A stretch of 64,000 nt of DNA. It comes from an uncultured Gammaproteobacteria bacterium (lineage in GTDB: Bacteria; Patescibacteriota; Patescibacteriia; UBA9934; CAZDDW01). Within the stretch, counting starts at the first letter, position 1, and every line of letters begins with the position of its first letter. The DNA is taken from contig OZ246408.1 in the NCBI GenBank assembly GCA_965231015.1, positions 857,908 through 921,907 on the forward strand, in the 5' to 3' direction. The notes under the pieces were generated by a model. The model saw only the letters and a program-made list of their open reading frames with translations. It made no database searches and was not told the origin of the DNA. The position numbers were made by a program, and so were the translations under genes. Positions 40,164 through 50,459 of this stretch are shown here, piece after piece.

Positions 40164-40212
40164 AACAGTCGGCCGCGGACTCAAGGTTCATTTATGAAAC
40201 CCTGGGTCCGCG
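40164..40212. terminator. Hairpin between the two ligase genes
   Basis: cgcggactcaagg.ttcat / atgaa..cctgggtccgcg. Confidence 0.5.
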
Positions 40213-40227
40213 AACCGAGAAGACTAG

Positions 40228-41469
40228 TCACCAGTTGAGCTCGGCGTGACGCTCGTACACCGCATCCCGCACCCGAGCCATGCTGTCAAAATCCGGACCA
40301 AAAGTCGCGAAGTAACAACTTCCGCACTGTGGCAGGAAGTTATAAGGGACAAGCCCGAGCCGGGTCTGCACGGTGAGCAACTGATCTGCGAAGGCGTTCA
40401 GAATCTCGGAGTAGTCAATGTCCTGCGGAATCTTCATGTTGCGATTATCAAAAGCCGCCACCCGACCGTACAGGAAATAGCTGGCCGTCACCGGATAGTA
40501 GGTGGCCGTGGCTCGACCATCGACCTCGCAGGTGGCCACCTCCCCGGTCGTGAAGTTGATCATGTGGTCAGCCCCACCGCGGCCGAAAAAACCCATTGCC
40601 TTCAAACACGCAATAGACTTTTCCGTAGCACACATGACCTTCTTGTAGATCTTGGACGGCAGATTCTTTGGCAAAGTGAAGCTACCGGCGAAATCCGTTT
40701 CGTCACCATCGGTCAAGATGTGCTGACCAAATACACCAAGAATCTCATGGGCTCCCCTCGGGTAAATTACGAACGGGGTCGAGATATCCTGGTCGTGCGG
40801 GAAGTATTCCTGAACCACTACCAGTTCGTCAGTCAGATTTCTGAGTCGCTCATCCTCTTCGCTCGTGACATTGAACTGTCCAAGACTGCTAGCCTGGCTG
40901 GTCGGCTTGATTCGTACCTTCTCGAAACGCCCAAGACTGAGCAAGTGGCGCACGAGTGAGCCAACATGAGCCGGTGTGGTGAAACCGCCCACCGGCACCC
41001 GCAGACCCTTAATGCTCCGACCTACCGTTTTGAAACCAGCTCCGTTTCGAAAATAGCACTCACCCATATTCTGCTGAAACACATCCTTGCTGTTGGCCTG
41101 CCGGCATGTTTTGAACGGCGGCAAGTTCACAGGTACATCCAGCCAACAAAATGCTTCACGTAGCCGTGTGGTACGACCGGAAAAAAATTCAATGTCAGAC
41201 CGGCGAAGCACCTCCAAATGGGCTTGCTTTTCCACAGACACGCTCCGACTCAATCCGGCATCATGAATTCGCAGTCGAATGAGGTGATCTGGCGGACAGC
41301 AAAGACCAAGTGAAGCCAAATGAGGCAGTTCGGGCAAATCGTCCTCTCCGACCACCAACAGATAATTGTTTGGCCCAGTCGCTATCGCGGCTCGACGCCA
41401 GTACTCCATCAACTGCCAAGGCATGTTGTCGATAGAATCGACAGTATCATGAGCCAACACGATGGTCAT
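40228..41469 (-). CDS. ATP-grasp peptide ligase, PGM1-like (paralog)
   Basis: ANSK, RIKPTSQASSLG, VVQEY, GFFGRGGADH, CEVDGRATATYY; SD aggggg. Confidence 0.78.
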   Translation of the reverse strand: MTIVLAHDTVDSIDNMPWQLMEYWRRAAIATGPNNYLLVVGEDDLPELPHLASLGLCCPPDHLIRLRIHDAGLSRSVSVEKQAHLEVLRRSDIEFFSGRTTRLREAFCWLDVPVNLPPFKTCRQANSKDVFQQNMGECYFRNGAGFKTVGRSIKGLRVPVGGFTTPAHVGSLVRHLLSLGRFEKVRIKPTSQASSLGQFNVTSEEDERLRNLTDELVVVQEYFPHDQDISTPFVIYPRGAHEILGVFGQHILTDGDETDFAGSFTLPKNLPSKIYKKVMCATEKSIACLKAMGFFGRGGADHMINFTTGEVATCEVDGRATATYYPVTASYFLYGRVAAFDNRNMKIPQDIDYSEILNAFADQLLTVQTRLGLVPYNFLPQCGSCYFATFGPDFDSMARVRDAVYERHAELNW

Positions 41470-41518
41470 TAAAACCCCCTGGTGATTAGTTGTATTTAAA
41501 AGAGCAAGATTACTCTCC

Positions 41519-41780
41519 CCAAGTGAAGACGCGCTCAAATGGGGCACCGATTCCCGTTAGAAGGGACGAGCGCTTGTAAAAAGCTGCTCAGCCAGTTCGA
41601 CTGGCATTGGTGAACACGTCTTCGCTTGGAAAGGCCACTTAGTAAAACAAAACTGCCGCACTTCATTTAGCGCGGCAGTTGAAATCAAACTAACAGGAAC
41701 TAGTTTATTCAACCACCGACGCACCAATGACAAAGTAAAAAGCGCGGCAATTGTGCCAGAGCATAATGGTCTTGTCAATT
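41519..41780 (-). promoter_or_regulatory. Promoter and long structured leader of the ligase gene
   Basis: TTGACA at 41778-41773; terminator-like hairpin at 41651-41680; multibranch domain at 41519-41629. Confidence 0.55.
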
Positions 41781-41919
41781 GATACGTGGGAATTTTTCAT
41801 ATTTCAATGGATAAAATGATACCCTACGCTTAAATACGTGTCAAATAGGCTTATCTACACCTCTTGAAAAAAATACACATATGGACTATAATGAGGCCAA
41901 AATTAGATATACTCTATTT

Positions 41920-42516
41920 ATGGCAAAAGACAGACCAAGCCCAAAACAGGAGACCACCTATCTAATGGTCAAGCCGGATGGTGTTCGTCGCGGCATCATT
42001 GGTGATATTGTAAAGCGAATTGAAGAACGTGGCCTTAAGATTGTTGCCATGCGCATGGAACAAGCTGACCACGACAAGATGGACAACCATTATCCTAAGG
42101 ATGAAGAGTGGATCGCTCGAGTTGGAGGAAAGACCTTGAAGACTTACGAAAAAGCCGGATGGGATGCTAACGAAGAACTCGGCACCGATGACCCGCTAGA
42201 AATTGGAAAAATGGTTCGAGGATGGTTGATTGACTTCATGACTTCAGCCCCAGTTGTAAAAATGGCTGTGCAAGGAGTCCGAGCCGTTGATATGGTTCGA
42301 AAAATTGCTGGACCGACTATTCCAGCTGACGCTGACATGGGAACCATTCGTGGTGACTACTCAATCGACAGTCCGTTGATCGCCAACGAAGAAAAACGAC
42401 CAATCTTGAACATTGTGCATGCGTCTGAAACACCAGAAGAAGCAGAGCACGAGTTGAAGCACTGGTTTGAAGAAGATGACATTTGCGAATACAGTCGCAT
42501 GGACGAGAACATGTAA
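41920..42516 (+). CDS. ndk: Nucleoside diphosphate kinase
   Basis: MVKPDGVRRG, GTIRGDY, NIVHASE. Confidence 0.96.
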   Translation: MAKDRPSPKQETTYLMVKPDGVRRGIIGDIVKRIEERGLKIVAMRMEQADHDKMDNHYPKDEEWIARVGGKTLKTYEKAGWDANEELGTDDPLEIGKMVRGWLIDFMTSAPVVKMAVQGVRAVDMVRKIAGPTIPADADMGTIRGDYSIDSPLIANEEKRPILNIVHASETPEEAEHELKHWFEEDDICEYSRMDENM

Positions 42517-42581
42517 GAATGTCAAATTGATAAATATCAAATGTCAAAAAAGGCGGGGTGCAAAACCTGTCTTTTTGGTTT

Positions 42582-44951
42582 CTAAAACATCAACGGGTTA
42601 GCTTTGACCGTATACTCTATCCCGTCGGTAATCATAAGAACGTCTCCGTCTATGTCTGTTCGATATAATTTTGTTTCGTTGTTTTGATACCGAGCTACAA
42701 CTGCCGGATGCGGGTGACCGTATGAATTCTCGCCTACTGTAATGACTCCAATCTCAGGATCAACCACTTGAATGAACTCGACTGAACTTGAAGTTAGGCT
42801 TCCTTGGTGTGGAACTTTCAGCACATCAACGTCTCCGATCGAATATGCAAGTTCGTTTTCCTGCTCAACATACATATCACCAGTCAGAAGTACTGAACTT
42901 TCTTCATAATCAACTCGCAATACTATTGAAGTCTCGTTAATATCCGAAGCATTTTTATTTTCAAATGATTCCTCTGGCCAAAGGGCTTGAATTGTAATTG
43001 AACCGATTGAGATGTCCTGTGGATAATCAACCAAGATGAGTTCAGACGGTTCAAGCTTCACTCGGCTCAACCATTCTTCATAAATATTTGATCCATAATT
43101 CACTCCGGTCATCACAATCTGATCTACCTGATAGCGTTCCAGTACCTCGACGAGTCCTGAAACGTGATCCGCATGCGGATGTGTAAGCACCACCATGTCA
43201 AGCGAACGATCCCAGGCCGGCATGACGGTCCCCAGTTTTGAAAGCACAACCTCGCCTGGTCCCCCGTCCACAAGGATCTGTTCCCCGTCCGGGGTTTCAA
43301 TGAAGATGGCGTCTCCTTGCCCGACGTCAAAAAACCAAACTCGCATTTTATCTCCGGTGTTTAAACTGGTTCCGGCTGTATCAAAAGACCCAAACAAGAT
43401 CGAGAAAATTATCAAAAAAGAAATTGAAACTGAAGCGAGGACCGGACGGCGCCGATCAATCACAGATTCATAATCAGGTTTTGGTTTTTGAAATAATATT
43501 CCAATCACTAATAACAATAACAAGGCAGCAAGCGCGGCCACAATTTCTTGAAATGGAATTTGCACCAAGGCGTTTGGAATAGCCGCAAACCAGCGAACAA
43601 CATAAAGCACGATCGAAAGAAGTGACCAAGCCGGAACAACCAAAATCGAAGCGACTCCAGTTGAAACAAAGCTCACAGCAATTGCTAAAGCCCCAAGAGC
43701 CATGGTGTACGGCACAAGTGGCAGCACAAGCAGATTAACCAGAACCGAAACTATCGAGACTGCTCCGAATTGCCAGATAAGAATCGGTAAAGACATGCCA
43801 GTGGCTGCAACTGTGGAGACAATGGCTTCACGAAAACCGCCGGTCGTCGGAATGAATTGGAACCAGTGCTCAATACGCGGCACAAGTAACACGAGTCCGA
43901 TGGTGGAAACAAATGAGAGTTGGAACCCAACATCATCGAGCAATAGGTACGGATTCACTGCAAGCATCACCACCGCAGTGAGCGCCAGAATGTTTCGCAC
44001 TGACGCTGTTGAACTCGCGCGTCCCAGACCACGACCAAACAAAACTACGAGCCCCATGATTCCAGCACGTGTCACAGCTGGATCCAATCCGCTCATGATC
44101 ACGTAGATCCCGATCATGGCTGCCACAATAGCGAGCGCGGTTTTGCGACGAAACACCAGAGCCACGAGAGCCAAAAACAAAAAACGAGAAAAGATTGAGA
44201 CATTGTAACCCGATGCGGCGAGAATGTGCGAGGTGCCAGTTGATACAAAGTCATCGCGAATGTCGGATGAGAGTGAGCCCTTGCCTCCGAATAATAACCC
44301 GGCAAGAAAGGTTGACTGTGGTTCTGAAAAAATTTGCTCAGTTTTGTTGAGCACGCTACGTTTGAAACCAAAAATTACTCCGCGCCAACCGTCACTGGTT
44401 CTTTCTTGAATACTTAAAGATTCCGGTCGCCAACAAACCGCCAACACCCCACGTGAACGCAAATATTTGTCATAAGCAAACCCTTCAAACGGCTCTGGAA
44501 CTTCTAGCTGACACCGAAAAGCAATCTGGTCTTCGTATTCAAGCTGCGGATACTTGGGAGCCCAAATCATTACTTGCCCAAGCGAATGAGTCTGACCAAT
44601 TACAACATCATCAATCACCACCTGCTGAGCTTCTGCCTTTTCAACCACTTCATCTGAAATTATCCCCTCAACCCTTATCTGACGATTCACAGAGTCAGAC
44701 ACAAGATTAGCTTCAACTGGAAATGAGGTTTCGGAAAAACGCCACAGACCCAAAATAAAAAATAAGCACACAAGCAACAAGACTCGGGCTGGCTTATTGG
44801 ACCACATAATAATTACAACTGCTGCAATAATAAAAATCGGTACAATCAACCAAAGGCTTGGCAGAGCAACCTCATTTAATGCCCCGATCAATATTCCAAA
44901 CAAAAAACCAAGCAGCACTACAAAGAGTGACTTGGACTTAGAATTAACCAT
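42582..44951 (-). CDS. comEC: DNA uptake channel ComEC/Rec2 with metallo-beta-lactamase domain
   Basis: HILAASGYNV, GFQLSF, FDVGQGDA, THPHADH, YGHPHP. Confidence 0.96.
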   Translation of the reverse strand: MVNSKSKSLFVVLLGFLFGILIGALNEVALPSLWLIVPIFIIAAVVIIMWSNKPARVLLLVCLFFILGLWRFSETSFPVEANLVSDSVNRQIRVEGIISDEVVEKAEAQQVVIDDVVIGQTHSLGQVMIWAPKYPQLEYEDQIAFRCQLEVPEPFEGFAYDKYLRSRGVLAVCWRPESLSIQERTSDGWRGVIFGFKRSVLNKTEQIFSEPQSTFLAGLLFGGKGSLSSDIRDDFVSTGTSHILAASGYNVSIFSRFLFLALVALVFRRKTALAIVAAMIGIYVIMSGLDPAVTRAGIMGLVVLFGRGLGRASSTASVRNILALTAVVMLAVNPYLLLDDVGFQLSFVSTIGLVLLVPRIEHWFQFIPTTGGFREAIVSTVAATGMSLPILIWQFGAVSIVSVLVNLLVLPLVPYTMALGALAIAVSFVSTGVASILVVPAWSLLSIVLYVVRWFAAIPNALVQIPFQEIVAALAALLLLLVIGILFQKPKPDYESVIDRRRPVLASVSISFLIIFSILFGSFDTAGTSLNTGDKMRVWFFDVGQGDAIFIETPDGEQILVDGGPGEVVLSKLGTVMPAWDRSLDMVVLTHPHADHVSGLVEVLERYQVDQIVMTGVNYGSNIYEEWLSRVKLEPSELILVDYPQDISIGSITIQALWPEESFENKNASDINETSIVLRVDYEESSVLLTGDMYVEQENELAYSIGDVDVLKVPHQGSLTSSSVEFIQVVDPEIGVITVGENSYGHPHPAVVARYQNNETKLYRTDIDGDVLMITDGIEYTVKANPLMF

Positions 44952-46263
44952 GTCGTAAACCCATTCCTTCATAATCAATCTCTGACTCTGAAAGTCCTAA
45001 ATCAGACAACAAATTCTTCCCATCAATCACCACCGGTTGATTCATTGACTCTGCTATTTTTTGAAAATCAACCGCTCGGAACTCCGGCCATTCGGTTAAC
45101 ACGAGTAATACATCAGCTTTATTAGCCGCCTCAAACGCACTTTGTGCGTATTCGATTCGAGAACCGAAAATTTTTCGCGCATTGTTTTCAGCTTGCGGGT
45201 CATAAGCCACAATATCAGCCCCGTCTGCATAACATTTCGAGATCACGTCAATCGCCGCAGACTCACGAACATCATCCGTTCCATTTTTAAAAGCCAACCC
45301 CCAAACCGCAATTCGCCTTCCGTTTAAGTCACCTATTTTAGACCGAACTTTCGAAACAAAACGCTCTCGTTGTCGGTTATTCACCTCAATAACTGAACCA
45401 AGTAATTGAAAGTCATATCCATCTGAACCTGCTATCTGATACAGGGCTGAAACATCCTTGGGGAAGCAAGACCCGCCATAACCTATTCCGGCCTTTAAGA
45501 AGGACTCACCGATCCGTTTATCAAGCCCAATAGCGTGAGCGACTTCGCGCACGTCGGCTCCGTTTTGTTCTGCCACGTTAGCAATCTCGTTAATAAAACT
45601 GATCTTGGTAGCTAAAAATGCATTAGCTGCGTACTTGGCAAGTTCTGCTGATTCTGGACTCATCACCAGTTTAGTGCACTCAATGGGTTTATATAATTCC
45701 ATGATTAGGTCGCCTGCCCAAATCTCATCTACTCCGACCACTATTCGGTCCGGCTTGATAAAATCGTTGATAGCTGAACCTTCTCGTAAAAATTCTGGAT
45801 TCGATGCAACCACAATCGAGACCAACTTAGGATCCCGCCCAGCATCAGTTATGGCTTGATCGATTATCTTTTTAACCCTTCGAGAAGTCCCAACTGGCAC
45901 GGTTGATTTATCAATGACGTAAGCATTGTGATCAATATTCGATCCAATCTCGCGAGCCACGTTTTCTACAAAACTCAAATCTACTTTTCCGGTCTCAAGA
46001 GGTGGCGTGCCGACACAAATAAAAATAAAAGAGGCTTCATGCACTCCTTCGGCTAACGTCGTTGTAAATCGTAAGGTTTTATTTTTTACCCCCTCGGCTA
46101 CAAGCTCGGCTAAGCCCGGTTCATAAAACGGAACCTGACCGGCCTCGAGCTCGGCAATCTTTTCTTCATTATTATCAACACAAACTACCTTATGCCCAAA
46201 AGACGCCAAACACGCCCCGGTCACGAGTCCCACATATCCTGTACCAATGATTGCGATATCCAT
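44944..46263 (-). CDS. ugd: UDP-glucose/GDP-mannose dehydrogenase
   Basis: GTGYVGL, KSTVPVG, SNPEFLREG, GYGGSCFPKD. Confidence 0.95.
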   Translation of the reverse strand: MDIAIIGTGYVGLVTGACLASFGHKVVCVDNNEEKIAELEAGQVPFYEPGLAELVAEGVKNKTLRFTTTLAEGVHEASFIFICVGTPPLETGKVDLSFVENVAREIGSNIDHNAYVIDKSTVPVGTSRRVKKIIDQAITDAGRDPKLVSIVVASNPEFLREGSAINDFIKPDRIVVGVDEIWAGDLIMELYKPIECTKLVMSPESAELAKYAANAFLATKISFINEIANVAEQNGADVREVAHAIGLDKRIGESFLKAGIGYGGSCFPKDVSALYQIAGSDGYDFQLLGSVIEVNNRQRERFVSKVRSKIGDLNGRRIAVWGLAFKNGTDDVRESAAIDVISKCYADGADIVAYDPQAENNARKIFGSRIEYAQSAFEAANKADVLLVLTEWPEFRAVDFQKIAESMNQPVVIDGKNLLSDLGLSESEIDYEGMGLRHG

Positions 46264-46297
46264 AGGCCGCCACCTTACCAAAAAAATTGACCCTCGT

Positions 46298-47479
46298 CTA
46301 ATCGAGCTGATTCATAAGAAGCGACGCAATCGCTCCGACAATAAAGGCAATGTAAAGTGGGACAAAAAGAAGCAGAACAAAAACGAGAGCAATCGAAATC
46401 ACGCGCCCCAGACAGATCGCCATTTCACGGATCACGGTATATTCGTCCACGTAATGTCCGGCGTCAGCCGCGCGTTCGTACATCAAAACATCAAAAGGTG
46501 TCCGTAGCACAATCAAAGCAAAATTATGAAAAGTGGAGGCAATGAAAATCGTAAAAGCAGTGTTGACGAACATCTTGGCCAGATAACCAAAAGCATACAA
46601 ACCAGAACCCCACTTCATCATTTTGTGACGAGGATGTTTGTCTGCCCAATTTCCCATTACAATACGCAAAATGACGCCAACCAGAACAATCACTGAAGTG
46701 AGCGCTCCAACCTCAAGATAGTTTCCCTGTAAGATCTCAAAAATAAACACCGGCCAAATCAATGCTCCCACAGTAATCTCGGCACCTTCTGCGGCGTAGG
46801 CCGTAACCATTCGTCGGTTCTTTTTACTAAAAAATTCTTTGAAGGTTTGCCAATAGGTAAAAGAATACTCTTCTTCAAACTTTTTTGTAAAAAAGAGCGG
46901 CATAATGGAAGAAATAATAATCGCAGCCGCAACCAAAAACAATGAATCATAATCGTACCAAGCCAGAATAAAGCCTGCCGCTAAAGGCATCACAACACTG
47001 ACCACTGAAGAAAGTCCATTTAGGAGTCCAAGGGTTCGACCTCGTTTTCCTTTTTCGGTCAACTCGGCAAACTCAGTGTGAAACGGAGTCCAATAAAGCA
47101 TCCGCCAAGCATTTTGCAAAACTGAAGCTGTGATCAAAAACCAAATCGCAAAATTGGGATCCCAAAAAGAAAAGACCAAATAGAAACCGGTCACAAATAC
47201 CACCGCCAACATTTTACTTGTTCGCAAACCGATCTTAGACATGATCATAGCACCGGGTGCCATCAAGAAAAAGCTTGCTAAAAATGTAAAGAAGTAGTAA
47301 CCGAGCAGGTAATCAGTCGAATTATTAAATTGCTCGTAAAGAAAGATTGGCAAGAACAGCCCGAGCAGACCGGCACCGATTTGAATGATCAACCGGTTAG
47401 AGTAGAGCAAAGATAGTCCCGGTGAAAGATGCGGGACTATATGAAAACGGCTGTATCCTTTTAATTTCCTCCAAGGCAT
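46298..47479 (-). CDS. MFS transporter
   Basis: About 12 hydrophobic segments; GNWADKHPR loop motif. Confidence 0.85.
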   Translation of the reverse strand: MPWRKLKGYSRFHIVPHLSPGLSLLYSNRLIIQIGAGLLGLFLPIFLYEQFNNSTDYLLGYYFFTFLASFFLMAPGAMIMSKIGLRTSKMLAVVFVTGFYLVFSFWDPNFAIWFLITASVLQNAWRMLYWTPFHTEFAELTEKGKRGRTLGLLNGLSSVVSVVMPLAAGFILAWYDYDSLFLVAAAIIISSIMPLFFTKKFEEEYSFTYWQTFKEFFSKKNRRMVTAYAAEGAEITVGALIWPVFIFEILQGNYLEVGALTSVIVLVGVILRIVMGNWADKHPRHKMMKWGSGLYAFGYLAKMFVNTAFTIFIASTFHNFALIVLRTPFDVLMYERAADAGHYVDEYTVIREMAICLGRVISIALVFVLLLFVPLYIAFIVGAIASLLMNQLD

Positions 47480-47483
47480 TAAT

Positions 47484-49877
47484 TTATAGTACGAAGTTAA
47501 TCATGCGACCGGGAACGTAGACCGTCTTTTTGACCTGCTTCCCTTCTAAGTATTTTTGAACGTTAGTGTCAGCCTGGGCGCGTTCAGATGCTTCTTCTTC
47601 AGGCAAATCTGGGGCAACCTCAATAGTGGCACGCAACTTGCCATTGACTTGCACCGGTAAATTCACGAGTTCGTCTTTGGCGAGTTCTTCATCAAACTCT
47701 GGCCAGGGTTGTTCGGTCACCGAATTTGGGTGTCCGGTCTTTTCCCAGAGTTCCTCGGCAATGTGTGGTGCAAATGGGTTTAACAAAACAATCAGGCCAT
47801 CAAAAACTTCAGCTGGTACAGCCTCAGCCTTTTGCATTTCGTTTACGAGAATCATCAACGCCGAGATGGCCGTATTAAACTTGGTTTCTTCAATATCCTT
47901 ACCGACTTTCTTGATAGTCTTGTGCAGCAAGCGGACTAAATCTTTGTTTTCAACTTCGTCTGAAACGTCACTTTGCAAATTCCAAACTTTTTCCAAAAAG
48001 CGTCGCACTCCAACTACTCCGTTAGTGCTCCAAGGAATGGCTTCTGAAAACGGACCCATAAACATTTCATAAACCCGAAGTGTATCAGCGCCATACTGCT
48101 CAACTACTTCATCCGGGTTTACCACATTTCCCCAAGACTTACTCATCTTGCGACCGTCTTCTGCTAATACCAGACCGTGACTTGTTCGTTTGGCATACGG
48201 CTCAGTAGTTGGCACAAGACCTCGATCAAACAAAAACTTGTTCCAAAAACGTGAGTACAACAAGTGTAAAGTTGTGTGCTCCATTCCACCATTATACCAA
48301 TCAACCGGCATCCAGTACTTGAGCTTGTCGCTCGCCGCAAATTGCACGTCGTTCTTTGGATCACAGTAACGCAAGAAGTACCAGCTTGATCCGGCCCAGT
48401 TTGGCATGGTGTCGGTTTCGCGTTCTGCTTCCCCACCGCACTCTGGACACGTTGTCTTCACCCAATCGTCAATTGCGGCCAGCGGCGACTCGCCAGAATC
48501 GGTCGGTTCATACTTTTCAACCTCAGGCAATTCAACTGGCAACTGATCATCCGGCACAGCCACCCAACCACATTTGTCACAATGCACGAGTGGAATCGGC
48601 TCACCCCAGTAGCGCTGGCGGGAGAACACCCAATCACGCAATTTAAAATTTGTTTCAGCCTGACCGAGTTTATTTTTTTCTAACCAATCAATGATTTTCT
48701 TCTTGGCTTCTCCAACATTTTGACCATCTAACATTTCTGAGTGTACCAACTTCCCGTCCCCAATATAAGCTTCCTTTTCGATGTTCCCTCCTGAGATTAC
48801 TTCTCGAATCGGTAAATCAAATTTCTTAGCAAACTCATAATCACGCTCATCATGTGCCGGCACAGCCATAATCGCTCCGGTTCCATACCCCATCATGACA
48901 TAATCCGCCACCCACACCGGAATCTTTTCTCCATTCACCGGATTCACCGCATACGCCCCGGTGAACACTCCGGTCTTTTCTTTAGTATCATCCCCACGAT
49001 CGATCTCGGTCATAGCAGCAGCTTTTTGACGGTACTGTCTCACTTCATCGCGGTGCTCATTTCTCGTAATCTTGTCCAAGAGTCCGTGCTCTGGAGCCAG
49101 CACCATGTAGGTTGCGCCAAATAATGTATCAGGGCGAGTAGTAAAGACTTCGATCTGTTGATTCGAGTCAGCAACTTCAAACTTTACTCGAGCTCCTTCA
49201 TTCCGCCCGATCCAATTTATTTGTTGAGCCTTGATCTTATCCAGGTAATCAAGTCCATCCAAGTCTTCGATCAATCTGTCCGCGTACTTGGTAATCGCGA
49301 TCATCCATTGTTCCTTATCCCGCTTTTCTACTTCGCCGTGACACCGTTCACACTTTCCATCCACTACTTCTTCATTGGCCAGTCCAATCTTACAAGACAG
49401 ACACCAATTAATTGGTTGACCGGCTTTGTAAGCCAGTCCGGCTTTGAAAAACTGAATGAATTGCCACTGCGTCCATTTATAATAATCCGGATCAGTGGTA
49501 TTTACTTCGCGTGACCAATCAAAAGAAATTCCGAGCGACTTCAACTGTCGTCGAAAAGTATCGATATTTTCACGTGTCACTTCTTGAGGCTTGCGACCGG
49601 TTTTGATAGCAAAGTTTTCGGTTGGCAAACCGAAGGCATCCCAACCAATTGGATACAAAACGTTGTATCCCTCCATGCGGCGTTTGCGGGCTACCACATC
49701 AAGTGCTGAATAACTGCGCGGGTGTCCTACATGAAGTCCGGCTCCGGACGGATACGGAAACTCAATCAAACAAAAAAACTTAGGCTTCTTTGAGCCATCC
49801 TCGGCTTGATAAAAATTCTTTTCCTCCCAAAACTTCTGCCACTTGGGCTCAATTTCATGATGATTATATCTGTCCAT
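47484..49877 (-). CDS. leuS: Leucine-tRNA ligase
   Basis: FPYPSGAGLHVGH, KMSKS, GTGAIMAVPAHDERD. Confidence 0.98.
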   Translation of the reverse strand: MDRYNHHEIEPKWQKFWEEKNFYQAEDGSKKPKFFCLIEFPYPSGAGLHVGHPRSYSALDVVARKRRMEGYNVLYPIGWDAFGLPTENFAIKTGRKPQEVTRENIDTFRRQLKSLGISFDWSREVNTTDPDYYKWTQWQFIQFFKAGLAYKAGQPINWCLSCKIGLANEEVVDGKCERCHGEVEKRDKEQWMIAITKYADRLIEDLDGLDYLDKIKAQQINWIGRNEGARVKFEVADSNQQIEVFTTRPDTLFGATYMVLAPEHGLLDKITRNEHRDEVRQYRQKAAAMTEIDRGDDTKEKTGVFTGAYAVNPVNGEKIPVWVADYVMMGYGTGAIMAVPAHDERDYEFAKKFDLPIREVISGGNIEKEAYIGDGKLVHSEMLDGQNVGEAKKKIIDWLEKNKLGQAETNFKLRDWVFSRQRYWGEPIPLVHCDKCGWVAVPDDQLPVELPEVEKYEPTDSGESPLAAIDDWVKTTCPECGGEAERETDTMPNWAGSSWYFLRYCDPKNDVQFAASDKLKYWMPVDWYNGGMEHTTLHLLYSRFWNKFLFDRGLVPTTEPYAKRTSHGLVLAEDGRKMSKSWGNVVNPDEVVEQYGADTLRVYEMFMGPFSEAIPWSTNGVVGVRRFLEKVWNLQSDVSDEVENKDLVRLLHKTIKKVGKDIEETKFNTAISALMILVNEMQKAEAVPAEVFDGLIVLLNPFAPHIAEELWEKTGHPNSVTEQPWPEFDEELAKDELVNLPVQVNGKLRATIEVAPDLPEEEASERAQADTNVQKYLEGKQVKKTVYVPGRMINFVL

Positions 49878-49882
49878 ACCCT

Positions 49883-50009
49883 GTAGTACAACTTCGGACT
49901 TGAGTCGTCAGTTATTTCCAGTTAACGTTGCAAAGTAAACAACCTAAATTGGTTTTCAGCAATCGTGGATTAAATCTACCCGGATACTCAACATCCGAAG
50001 TTGTCCTAC
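49883..50009 (-). promoter_or_regulatory. Long inverted-repeat structure abutting the leuS start
   Basis: gtag.acaacttcgga.ttgagt pairs with actcaa..tccgaagttgt.ctac. Confidence 0.5.
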
Positions 50010-50090
50010 CGGGCATACGCTTCCGATCGTATCATAAATAAGCCTAAAATTAAAGAGTGGACCGAACCGGACCACTCGCTTTTTCTTTGC

Positions 50091-50432
50091 CTAACTACCT
50101 CCGCCGAACTCTAGCGGAAAACCGTTATCCAACCAGGCTCTAAATCCATCTTTTAATAATTTTACGTTAGTGTATCCAAGTTTGAGAAGCTCTTCGTATG
50201 GTTGGCCGTATTTTTCCGACTCTTCCATTTCAACATGAATCACCATGTTGGTATCTTTGTCCGGATAGATTTCAGTTAAATTTTTTACAAAATCATTCTC
50301 AAACGGGACGTTAACTGCGCCCGGGATATGGTTATGCTCAAAATCGTGCGCATCACGCGCATCAACCACCTCGATCTCATGTTTATCAACGAGCTCTTTG
50401 AGCTCCGGAGCAGTTATGTAGTTTTGTGACAT
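50091..50432 (-). CDS. Rhodanese-like domain protein
   Basis: VVDAR..DFEHNHIPGAVNVP, LKDGFRAW; no active-site Cys. Confidence 0.9.
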   Translation of the reverse strand: MSQNYITAPELKELVDKHEIEVVDARDAHDFEHNHIPGAVNVPFENDFVKNLTEIYPDKDTNMVIHVEMEESEKYGQPYEELLKLGYTNVKLLKDGFRAWLDNGFPLEFGGGS

Positions 50433-50459
50433 AGGCCTTATTGATTATTGTCACTGATA

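Noticed and set aside
41557-41778. 73-aa ORF upstream of the ligase
   Set aside because: Its start codon is the TTG of the -35 box and it crosses a terminator hairpin.
49883-50080. T-box riboswitch for leuS
   Set aside because: No T-box consensus or recognisable stem I motifs.
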